Shown in pieces: positions 24,458 to 32,000 of a stretch of DNA of 32,000 bases; within the stretch, counting starts at the first letter, position 1; every line of letters begins with the position of its first letter. The DNA lies in the NCBI RefSeq assembly GCF_000179635.2, contig NC_014825.1, forward strand, positions 320,647 to 352,646, in the 5' to 3' direction. A program made the position numbers and the translations under genes. The notes below the pieces were generated by a model, which was given only the letters and a program-made list of their open reading frames with translations, did not search any database and had not been told where the DNA came from. The DNA comes from Ruminococcus albus 7 = DSM 20455. GTDB lineage: Bacteria > Bacillota > Clostridia > Oscillospirales > Ruminococcaceae.

Positions 24458-25471
24458 TCACTGATAATAAGAATTTATGCCCAGATATTCCTCCAGACAA
24501 AGCCCCGAATCCGTGACCTCTCTTGCAAGGTCTTTTCCAAGATACCTTACGTGCCATGGTTCGTACATAAAGCCCGTGATATCTTCCTTGCCGTCTGGGT
24601 AGCGTATAATAAAGCCGTAATCGGCGCAGTGCTGTTCTATCCACTGTGCTTCGGGGGTACCTATGAATGTCCTGCTGGCGCTGTTAAGATCCATAGAAAG
24701 ACCCGTCTGATGCTCGGAGAAACCTGCCCTTGCCGAGAAGCGATCGACTTCCTCCTGTCCTCCACGGGTATTCACATAACCCCAGTATAGCTGATTCTGG
24801 TACCAGTAGCTCCTGTATCCCGAAACGATATAAAGGTTGATGCCGTCATTCCAGGCAGCAGCCTGCATCTCGGTGAATGCCCTCTCAGCATCGGGATCCA
24901 GTCCCGAACCGTAATTTTCGGGCAGACCATAGCTCTTGTTTACAACAAGTACACCGCCCACATAGGTAGCACCGTTTATCTTCTCGATCTTATAACCCCG
25001 TGAGCTTACCTGCTCACCGTTCTCGCCGTTATCGGTATTTCCGTTTATATCAGGAATATCGGTATTCTGTACTTCTGTAACGTAATTATCCACGCTCTGA
25101 GGATCGACCTCGTTGCCCATAGCCTGATAATGTGAATAGGGATCATCTGCCTGTTCATTTATCTCCGTAAGGGTCATGCCCTCTGCAGGAGTATCCTGAC
25201 CAAGCTGTATAGTAGCTGTATTTGAAACATCGCTCTCCGTCATGGGAGAATCAAGCACAGGTGCTTCAGTTGAAGATTGTCTATCCTCGGAAACTACCTT
25301 TACAGCTTCCTCCTTGACCTGCTCACGTGTTTCCACAACTATGAGAGGTACCTTGGTTTCTTTGGGCTGTTCAACAGAGTCGTTAACAGCATCGGGTTCT
25401 TCAAGACTGCCGCAGCCCGCAAGCATCATAGCCGCAGCACAGACAGCAGCCGACAGTTTTAATTTATTCAT
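24458..25471 (-). CDS. D-alanyl-D-alanine carboxypeptidase family lipoprotein (peptidase M15B, VanY-like)
   Basis: 337 aa. The lipoprotein signal is MNKLKLSAAVCAAAMMLAGCGS (lipobox LAGC), followed by a low-complexity linker. M15B motifs are SGYRSY, SEHQTGLSMDL and EPWHVRY. Confidence 0.9.
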   Translation of the reverse strand: MNKLKLSAAVCAAAMMLAGCGSLEEPDAVNDSVEQPKETKVPLIVVETREQVKEEAVKVVSEDRQSSTEAPVLDSPMTESDVSNTATIQLGQDTPAEGMTLTEINEQADDPYSHYQAMGNEVDPQSVDNYVTEVQNTDIPDINGNTDNGENGEQVSSRGYKIEKINGATYVGGVLVVNKSYGLPENYGSGLDPDAERAFTEMQAAAWNDGINLYIVSGYRSYWYQNQLYWGYVNTRGGQEEVDRFSARAGFSEHQTGLSMDLNSASRTFIGTPEAQWIEQHCADYGFIIRYPDGKEDITGFMYEPWHVRYLGKDLAREVTDSGLCLEEYLGINSYYQ

Positions 25472-25527
25472 TTTATATGTCCTTCTTTATATTCATACGA
25501 TCGTTCAGTAATATTACTGCTTATATA

Positions 25528-25556
25528 ATTATACCATTTTTCAAAAGCTATTTCAA
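25528..25556 (-). promoter_or_regulatory. Sigma-A type promoter for the VanY-like gene
   Basis: Minus strand: TTGAAA (25556-25551), 17-nt spacer, TGg-TATAAT (25533-25528). Confidence 0.6.
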
Positions 25557-25754
25557 TGGTCATTGTTCACTAGGCTTTTATGTTAATATCCTGTGATATG
25601 CATGATTCCCACAAAAACTAATGACCATTGGTCATCTTTCAAAAACCGCCATTTTTCGCGTTTTTGGGTGATTTTTGGGATAACTGAGCTTATGTGTACA
25701 AAAATGATACCCCTTACAGATCAATGTGACCATAGGCATAATAACAGCATGATA

Positions 25755-25783
25755 CAAAAAAAGCGAGAGCCTGTGCCCTCGCT
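25755..25783 (-). terminator. Rho-independent terminator after the 25796-26674 membrane protein gene
   Basis: The minus-strand RNA is AGCGAGgGC-acag-GCuCUCGCU, followed by UUUUUUU. It lies 13 nt past the stop codon. Confidence 0.8.
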
Positions 25784-25795
25784 TTATCAACAAAT

Positions 25796-26674
25796 TTATC
25801 TTATACCCAGGAACTCCAGATACTGCTTATCAGGCATTACCGTTACAGATGTCTTCTTCTGTTCGGAAGTAGGAGAAAGCCTGTAAAGCACTACAAGCGT
25901 GCCGTCCTCGTCTACAGACCAGCCCACATCAGGTACAACACCTCTTATACCCTTGTTGGATATAGTCTTCTTTATACCCTTCTGCTTCAGTGTGAAGAAT
26001 CTCAATTCTTTATCCTGACCATGGGGTACCACGCAGATATTTACGCCGCCCTTATCGCTGTTCTGTACATCGTAGATAATGATCCTGTATTTACCATTAG
26101 GTGAAAGCACATTATCATCACGGGTAACGTCACATATCTTTGTGAATTCACTGCTGTAGAATTTATACACATCGCTGTTGCGGTCAAGATTAGCATTGAG
26201 CTCGGTATACGTGGATGTACCGCCGAAAAGCAGCCTGAACACGAAAAACACCACAAGACCCAGTACATACATCAGCAGATATATCGTACCCATGACCACC
26301 TTGGCAGTCTCATGTGTACCAGCCACAAAGAACATGACTAACGCCATTACCAGTGGCGGGATAATAAGTATCCAGTCGTACATATTGAAAAGCATAAGGA
26401 GGAACACCACTAACGGCAGTACCATGCTCATTATCTTCGTGACGATTACATCTCGCGAATATATCATCAGCACAAGAAAAATTACACTCGCCGCTACGTA
26501 TAAAGTAAAGAAGGATTGTTCCTGTCCTTCAGTAAACTCCAGATCATAGAGAAATGTTGCACCGGTCAGCATACAAATTACGGCAAAATATACCAGATTG
26601 AATACACCGACCGCCCTCTTGACCCAGACGTTTGATAAAAGTTCTTTCATCTTACCAAAATTCCTCCCAGCCAT
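25796..26674 (-). CDS. Polytopic membrane protein with a ~130-aa C-terminal soluble domain, function unknown
   Basis: About 5 TM helices (e.g. VFNLVYFAVICMLTGATFLY, MVLPLVVFLLMLF, WILIIPPLVMALVMFFVA, IYLLMYVLGLVVFFVF) precede a hydrophilic beta-rich C-terminus. The start is uncertain. Candidates are the ATG at 26674, the ATG at 26650 (12 nt after GGGAGG) and the track's GTG at 26722. Confidence 0.65.
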   Translation of the reverse strand: MAGRNFGKMKELLSNVWVKRAVGVFNLVYFAVICMLTGATFLYDLEFTEGQEQSFFTLYVAASVIFLVLMIYSRDVIVTKIMSMVLPLVVFLLMLFNMYDWILIIPPLVMALVMFFVAGTHETAKVVMGTIYLLMYVLGLVVFFVFRLLFGGTSTYTELNANLDRNSDVYKFYSSEFTKICDVTRDDNVLSPNGKYRIIIYDVQNSDKGGVNICVVPHGQDKELRFFTLKQKGIKKTISNKGIRGVVPDVGWSVDEDGTLVVLYRLSPTSEQKKTSVTVMPDKQYLEFLGIR

Positions 26675-26823
26675 CGTTTTGCAGTCATAAAAGGTGCCGT
26701 GTATTATTTTTATCGGCACCACACTATACTATTTTACACCAATTCAAGCAAAAAATCAAGAGATTTGAAAAAATTCGTAGATTTGCATAAGCAAAGACTA
26801 ATTCAAACCGCTTATGAACATAC

Positions 26824-27822
26824 TCAGTTCACGATGATCTGCTCATCACCGCTCAGCCCTGATATTACTTCAACATCTCCGTTATCTTCTATGCCCAGTT
26901 CAACGTCCTGCTCCACCTTCACGCCGTCAATCAGCAGGTACACGAAATTCCTGCCGCCAAGCTCTTTCACTGCCTTTTTTGGGATGACCACACTGTCAAG
27001 GCGTGAGTAAATATCGAACACCACAGTGATATCACCGAAATCAAGCAGCTCATCAGGATCATCAGGTGTTATGACGTAGGTATACTTTGAATAATCACCG
27101 CTGTCCTTAAAGACTATATCCGTAACAGTGCCGCCGGATACGTTCGCACCCTGCTGCAGCTTGACCGCAGTGCCAAAATTAACGTTTGAAAGCTTATTAT
27201 CAAAGACCTCAACACACAGGTAACGTTCATCCTTGTCTGTCGCATAACCGAATACCGCACCCTCATTTACACGGCTGTTAACATTGTATGGATTCCAGCC
27301 GGGCTGCTCAATGGTGAATTCACCGTCACAGGGAGCATAGACACTGTAATCATCAAGACTTCCCTTCAGACGGTCAAAGCGCATCTGCTCGATCTGAACA
27401 TCATACTGAGCCATAGTTATCTGATCTGCATCAGCATTATTCTGATAGAGGGTATCCACAGTAGACTTCACCTGATCGAGCCTTATCTGCTCCTTCTCTA
27501 TCTCCTCAAGGACATCATCGGTATAAAGGGTACACAGAAGCTGCCCTTTTTTGACTTCACACGGCGCTTCCACATCAATGGACTTTATCTGCCCGGATAC
27601 AGTAAATTTAACCTTTTTTGAGTAAGGATACCCATAGGAACCCGGCTGTTCGTATTTCTGCGAGATATCACGTATCTCGGCATTAACAGTCTTATAGGTC
27701 ACCGATCTGGTTTCAAGTATAGGTACAGCTATCTCGTCCTGTGATTTTTTCTTGCCGCATCCCGTAAACACTGTTACAGCAGCGCAGAAAGCGACTAAGA
27801 TCAAGCATTTAGAATTTTTCAT
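26824..27822 (-). CDS. HlyD/efflux-adaptor (membrane fusion protein) family lipoprotein
   Basis: 332 aa. The lipobox is VFTGCGKK. The lipoyl-like motif is VEAPCEVKKGQLLCTL, followed by a coiled-coil segment. Other family motifs are VYAPCDGEF, FGTAVKL, VIPKKAV and VISGLSGDEQIIV. Confidence 0.75.
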   Translation of the reverse strand: MKNSKCLILVAFCAAVTVFTGCGKKKSQDEIAVPILETRSVTYKTVNAEIRDISQKYEQPGSYGYPYSKKVKFTVSGQIKSIDVEAPCEVKKGQLLCTLYTDDVLEEIEKEQIRLDQVKSTVDTLYQNNADADQITMAQYDVQIEQMRFDRLKGSLDDYSVYAPCDGEFTIEQPGWNPYNVNSRVNEGAVFGYATDKDERYLCVEVFDNKLSNVNFGTAVKLQQGANVSGGTVTDIVFKDSGDYSKYTYVITPDDPDELLDFGDITVVFDIYSRLDSVVIPKKAVKELGGRNFVYLLIDGVKVEQDVELGIEDNGDVEVISGLSGDEQIIVN

Positions 27823-27867
27823 ATATTTCCCTTTCGCGTCAGAGAAAACGAAGATCTTAACTTAATT

Positions 27868-27896
27868 ATTATAGCATTTTCAAGCCGTTTTTACAA
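27868..27896 (-). promoter_or_regulatory. Sigma-A type promoter for the adaptor/membrane-protein pair
   Basis: Minus strand: TTGTAA (27896-27891), 17-nt spacer, TGc-TATAAT (27873-27868). Confidence 0.6.
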
Positions 27897-27946
27897 TGAC
27901 CCATACAAAAATCATCGCACTGCACAACAGCGCCTGTGCTTTTTTG

Positions 27947-29065
27947 TCATACTTGTCCATTGGCAGCATCTATAAGCTGCGAAATGATGCCGTTGGATAC
28001 GAGAAATCCCTTCGGAGTGAGCCGCAGTACGCCGTTTTCAAAAACTGCCAGCCCATGACGTGCATATTCCTTTGCAAGTACCGAAAAGCGATCTGCGGAG
28101 GTACTGCCGAAGTACCCTGCGATCCTATCAAGCATTATGCCTTTACACAACCTCAAACCCAGCAGGATATACTCCTCGCCCCTGTCAACCGACTGCTCGG
28201 TAACTTCACGCGGCTGAAGCGGTGCGTTTATAAAAGCCTCAGTATCAGGCGGACAAAAGTATCTGACACCATCAAAGAACGAATGGGCTGCCGCCCCGAA
28301 TCCCAGATAATCCTCACCTGTCCAGTACTTATTGTTGTGCCTTGACTCATATCCTTCCATACAGAAATTGGATATCTCATACTGTCTGAACCCATGTTTT
28401 TCAAAGCTCTCGACAGCAGTAAGATAAAGGTCACTCATCAGATCATCGTCAGCTATCAAGCTTTTTGTCTTGTCATTATCAAAAGCTGTGCCTTCCTCTA
28501 TTTTGAGCATATATGAAGATATATGTCTGACCGGCATAGCACAGATGCTGTCAATTGTCTTTTTAAGACTTTCCGTATCCTCACCTGCAGCGCCAAGCAT
28601 GATATCAGCCGAAATGTTTTCAAAGCCAGCATTCACAGCGTTTTCCACAGCTTCAACAGCTTTGCCGTAATCATGCAGTCTTCCCAGAAATCCCAGCCTT
28701 TTGTCATCTGCAGACTGTATCCCGAAGGATATCCTGTTCACTCCGGCAGCACGATATCCTCGCAGTTTTTCTTCATCAACGCTGCACGGATTGGCTTCAA
28801 GAGTTATCTCCGCGTTATCAAGTGAAAACGCTTTACAACATTCGTTGACTATCATTTCAACTTGTTTTGTGTCAAGCAATGAAGGAGTACCGCCTCCGAA
28901 ATATAACGTATCAGCGCTTATGCCCCTGCCCTGATAAGCTGCTATGTTCCTGCAGATCGCCTCAACATACCGCGATGCTGTCTCTGCATCATAGGGCTTT
29001 GAATAAAAGCTGCAATAGGGACATTTACGCAGGCAGAAAGGCACATGGACATATATGCCTGTCAC
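27947..29065 (-). CDS. hemW: Radical SAM family heme chaperone HemW (HemN-like, oxygen-independent coproporphyrinogen oxidase family)
   Basis: 372 aa. The radical SAM motif is VHVPFCLRKCPYCSF (CxxxCxxC) near the N-terminus, with GGGTPS and a HemN C-terminal domain. The GTG start overlaps the upstream stop codon (GTGA). It sits in the classic position downstream of lepA. Confidence 0.9.
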   Translation of the reverse strand: MTGIYVHVPFCLRKCPYCSFYSKPYDAETASRYVEAICRNIAAYQGRGISADTLYFGGGTPSLLDTKQVEMIVNECCKAFSLDNAEITLEANPCSVDEEKLRGYRAAGVNRISFGIQSADDKRLGFLGRLHDYGKAVEAVENAVNAGFENISADIMLGAAGEDTESLKKTIDSICAMPVRHISSYMLKIEEGTAFDNDKTKSLIADDDLMSDLYLTAVESFEKHGFRQYEISNFCMEGYESRHNNKYWTGEDYLGFGAAAHSFFDGVRYFCPPDTEAFINAPLQPREVTEQSVDRGEEYILLGLRLCKGIMLDRIAGYFGSTSADRFSVLAKEYARHGLAVFENGVLRLTPKGFLVSNGIISQLIDAANGQV

Positions 29066-29535
29066 TGTCCGTCCTCCTTATCATTAAAGGCATTCTCGAT
29101 ATACTCGCCGGCTTTTTCGCTGTTGCTCCTGAATTTCTCTATTGCCTTGCGCATAGCGAACCTTCCTGCCCATATAAGGTACATTCCCAGAAACAGCAAA
29201 AAGCAGACACCTATGTAATTAAGCTTTGCTTTGATATCCAGTTGAAAGTATACCGACCTGTTTATAAGCATCTTCATCACCACAGGATGAATGGCAAGCG
29301 CACATATAAAACCGAATACTCCGCTGTACGCGATGTTGCAGGTTATCCCGATCAGTGCCTCTTTAAATGTCAACGAAGAAAACTTGACACCAACAAATAT
29401 CACCCAGCATATCACGAAAAACATCCCCACGGATGTAGATACATTCGCGTAAATCTCATAAAATAACGGCAGCTGCACCGCCCCTGCCAGTCCGAAGCCG
29501 ATAGCCAGCTTCATAGATCTCCTAAGATCAAGCAT
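29062..29535 (-). CDS. Small integral membrane protein, function unknown
   Basis: Four hydrophobic segments are present. The ATG at 29535 (MLDLRRS...) is preceded by AGAGGGA. The track start at 29565 is a TTG without an RBS. Its stop codon overlaps the hemW start. Confidence 0.6.
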   Translation of the reverse strand: MLDLRRSMKLAIGFGLAGAVQLPLFYEIYANVSTSVGMFFVICWVIFVGVKFSSLTFKEALIGITCNIAYSGVFGFICALAIHPVVMKMLINRSVYFQLDIKAKLNYIGVCFLLFLGMYLIWAGRFAMRKAIEKFRSNSEKAGEYIENAFNDKEDGQ

Positions 29536-29576
29536 TTTATCCCTCTTTTGTTCTTCATCTGTCAATATATATTACT

Positions 29577-30038
29577 TTACAATGTAAATCCATTTACTCC
29601 GATCATTCCTAAAAATGCATACAGGATCATCACAAATGAAACTCCGCTCAGCACTATGCCCATTATCGAGCTTATCCTCGCGTTGCCGTCAAAGACCTTT
29701 CCGCGCTTTTCATCCAGCATCAGACGGCACTCACGCCCCTCTGTATACAGACGGTCTTTCATAACTATCTCACAAGGAAAAACATTTCTGTATTTCTCAC
29801 CGTCTATCTCGTATACAGGCACACTGTAACCGAACTTTGGTTCTTTCTCGACGTCAGCAAGTCTTCCTGTGCATTTTCTGCAGCGTGTCATCCTGAATAT
29901 GCACCAGCCGAAAAACAGGAACAGCGCAAGCATCATAAGGCATAAAAGTCCCATAAATCCTGCAATAAGCACCTCTGCGGTAACTCCCAGAATTATCAGC
30001 AGCACCGCAACGATAACTATAACTATCAAAGCTTCCAC
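29577..30038 (-). CDS. Small membrane protein of TM / beta-rich domain / TM architecture (DUF3592-like, low confidence on family)
   Basis: 153 aa. The GTG start is preceded by AAGGAGG. Two N-terminal TM helices precede a ~70-aa hydrophilic domain (CRKCTGRLADVEKEP...VPVYEIDGEKY...) and a C-terminal TM helix. Confidence 0.6.
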   Translation of the reverse strand: MEALIVIVIVAVLLIILGVTAEVLIAGFMGLLCLMMLALFLFFGWCIFRMTRCRKCTGRLADVEKEPKFGYSVPVYEIDGEKYRNVFPCEIVMKDRLYTEGRECRLMLDEKRGKVFDGNARISSIMGIVLSGVSFVMILYAFLGMIGVNGFTL

Positions 30039-30053
30039 TGCGATGCGCCTCCT

Positions 30054-31859
30054 TTAGTCGTCCAGCTTCAGTACGCTCATGAAAGCTTCCTGGGGAACAG
30101 ATACAGTACCCAGCTGACGCATCCTCTTCTTACCTTCTTTCTGCTTTTCGAGCAGCTTCTTCTTACGTGTGATATCACCGCCGTAGCACTTTGCAAGAAC
30201 ATCTTTTCTGAGCGCCTTGATAGTTTCACGCGCGATTATCTTTCCGCCTATGGCAGCCTGTACGGGCACCTCAAACATCTGACGCGGTATATTCTCCTTC
30301 AGCTTTTCGGTAAGTCTTCTGCCGCGGGCGTAAGCCTTATCTTCATGTACGATGAATGACAGCGCATCCACGATCTCTCCATTCAGCAGAACATCCAGCT
30401 TCACAAGCTTTGAGGGCGCATAGCCCTTGAGTTCATAGTCAAATGATGCATAGCCCCTTGTACGGGATTTCAGTGCATCGAAGAAATCGTACACTATCTC
30501 ATTCAGCGGCAGTACGTAATGCAGGTCAACACGGTTCTCGTCGATGTACTGCATATCCACGAATGTACCTCTCCTGTCCTGACAGAGTTCCATTATATTG
30601 CCAACAAACTCCGATGGGGTATAGATATGCGCGTTGACAACAGGTTCTTCCGCCGAGGATATAGTACCGGGATCCGGGAAATTCGTGGGGTTGTCGATAT
30701 ACTTTGTTTCACCGCTGGTCATAGTTACTTTATATATAACCGAGGGTGCAGTTGTGATAAGATCGAGATTGTACTCGCGTTCAAGACGCTCCTGAATGAT
30801 CTCCATGTGGAGAAGTCCGAGGAAACCGCAGCGGAATCCGAAGCCCAGTGCGATAGATGTTTCGGGCTCGAATGAAAGTGAAGCATCATTGAGCATCAGC
30901 TTTTCCAGTGCATCACGGAGATCGCCGTACTTAGCGCCGTCCGCAGGATAGATACCGCTGAATACCATTGGATTGACCTTTTTGTAACCAGGCAGTGATT
31001 CAGCGCAGGGTGCCTCCGCATTTGTGACAGTATCACCCACACGGGTATCGCCTATATCCTTTATTGAAGCGGTGATGTAGCCAACCTCACCTGCATGGAG
31101 CTCGCCTACAGGTACTAAGTCCTTAGCACCCATGTAGCCCACCTCAACGGACTGGAACTCAGCCTTTGCAGCTATAAGACGGATAGTATCCCCCGCCTTG
31201 ATATGTCCTTCCATAACGCGTACATAGATTATAACACCCTTGTAGGGATCATAGTAGCTGTCGAATATCAGCGCCTTCAGCGGAGCGTTGTCATCCCCCT
31301 TCGGTGAGGGTATATCTGTTACGATACGCTCCAGCACTTCCTTGATATTAGTACCCATTTTCGCGGAGATACGGGGTGCATCCATGGCAGGTATGCCTAT
31401 AACGTTCTCCACCTCGTTGCAGGCGCGGTCGGGGTCTGCTGAGGGCAGGTCGATCTTGTTTATAACAGGCAGTACTTCCAGATCATGCTCGATAGCAAGA
31501 TAGGTATTGGCAAGTGTCTGCGCCTCTATACCCTGTGATGCGTCCACGATGAGCACAGCGCCCTCGCAGGCTGCAAGAGAACGGCTGACCTCATAGTTGA
31601 AGTCAACGTGACCGGGGGTGTCGATGAGGTTGAAGTAATAGTCCTCACCGTCATCAGCATGATAAGTCAGGCGGACTGCTCTCGCCTTGATAGTGATGCC
31701 GCGCTCACGCTCGATATCCATATTATCCAGCAGCTGATCTTCCATCTCACGCAGCTCAACAGTTTCGGTGAGCTCCAGTATACGGTCAGCGAGGGTAGAT
31801 TTGCCGTGGTCTATATGAGCGATTATACAGAAATTACGTATTTTATCCTTTGGTGTCAT
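30054..31859 (-). CDS. lepA: Translation elongation factor 4 (LepA)
   Basis: 601 aa. The G-domain motifs are [28 protein letters not shown] and NKID. The LepA-specific C-terminal domain is also present. Confidence 0.97.
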   Translation of the reverse strand: MTPKDKIRNFCIIAHIDHGKSTLADRILELTETVELREMEDQLLDNMDIERERGITIKARAVRLTYHADDGEDYYFNLIDTPGHVDFNYEVSRSLAACEGAVLIVDASQGIEAQTLANTYLAIEHDLEVLPVINKIDLPSADPDRACNEVENVIGIPAMDAPRISAKMGTNIKEVLERIVTDIPSPKGDDNAPLKALIFDSYYDPYKGVIIYVRVMEGHIKAGDTIRLIAAKAEFQSVEVGYMGAKDLVPVGELHAGEVGYITASIKDIGDTRVGDTVTNAEAPCAESLPGYKKVNPMVFSGIYPADGAKYGDLRDALEKLMLNDASLSFEPETSIALGFGFRCGFLGLLHMEIIQERLEREYNLDLITTAPSVIYKVTMTSGETKYIDNPTNFPDPGTISSAEEPVVNAHIYTPSEFVGNIMELCQDRRGTFVDMQYIDENRVDLHYVLPLNEIVYDFFDALKSRTRGYASFDYELKGYAPSKLVKLDVLLNGEIVDALSFIVHEDKAYARGRRLTEKLKENIPRQMFEVPVQAAIGGKIIARETIKALRKDVLAKCYGGDITRKKKLLEKQKEGKKRMRQLGTVSVPQEAFMSVLKLDD

Positions 31860-31901
31860 AGGAACATTCCTTTCTTATGGCATAGATATCCATTCTGAAT
31901 T

Positions 31902-31930
31902 ATTTTATCATATTTGAAGTGCTATGTCAA
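31902..31930 (-). promoter_or_regulatory. Sigma-A type promoter for the lepA operon
   Basis: Minus strand: TTGACA (31930-31925), 17-nt spacer, TGa-TAAAAT (31907-31902). Confidence 0.6.
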
Positions 31931-32000
31931 GACCTGCACCCAACACATACACCCGTTATGTGCCCCTGTACCGCATAAATAAAACGGCAGAACTTTCGTA

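Noticed and set aside
25593-25886. 97-aa plus-strand ORF in the VanY / membrane-protein intergenic region
   Set aside because: It has a GTG start without an RBS. It reads through the terminator hairpin at 25755-25783 and into the 3' end of the convergent gene. The region is better explained by the promoter, operator and terminator.
27917-27945. Terminator for hemW
   Set aside because: Only a weak 6-bp hairpin with one G-U pair (minus strand GCGCUG-uugug-CAGUGC) is present, with a U5 tract displaced by 5 nt. The stronger-looking hairpin plus T6 reads on the plus strand, where no gene ends. This is too ambiguous to list as a feature.

Overview
This looks like a chromosomal segment from a spore-forming Firmicute of class Clostridia. 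The proteins look Ruminococcus/Oscillospiraceae-like, but that placement is inference only. I support about 30 protein-coding genes and saw no rRNA, tRNA or CRISPR array by eye. The plus-strand block (1-17.9 kb) holds a 5'-truncated C11-peptidase/LRR surface protein with a 45-nt in-frame tandem repeat, a stand-alone TrpB-like enzyme, a half-length MATE transporter and a GNAT. A housekeeping run follows: DUF951, P-loop kinase, prfA, VOC, tsaC/sua5, coaE, lytic transglycosylase and M18 aminopeptidase, then spoIIGA-sigE. A lysA-like decarboxylase lies on the minus strand. The minus-strand block (18.2-31.9 kb) holds an RR/ABC-ATPase/ABC-2 permease/HK module, a two-domain PPK2, a GNAT and a VanY-type lipoprotein. 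It continues with an orphan HlyD-like adaptor plus an unknown membrane protein, then lepA, two small membrane proteins and hemW. Many near-consensus sigma-A promoters (-35, 17 nt, TGn-TATAAT) and intrinsic terminators are readable. The most unusual signal is a roughly 160-bp inverted-repeat element present twice, each time in a convergent intergenic region. Each copy is flanked by its own perfect 9-bp direct duplication (AAATTCTTA; ATTCTTTTA). One copy (17962-18122) is a bare MITE. The other (6656-7428) is extended to a second distal right end and carries about 610 bp of strongly AT-rich DNA. That DNA contains one promoter-equipped 131-codon ORF and no transposase, so it behaves as a mobile insertion cassette. 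The element has nested helices and a discrete 18-nt replaced block between almost identical flanks. I do not recognise its ends as those of any named IS family.
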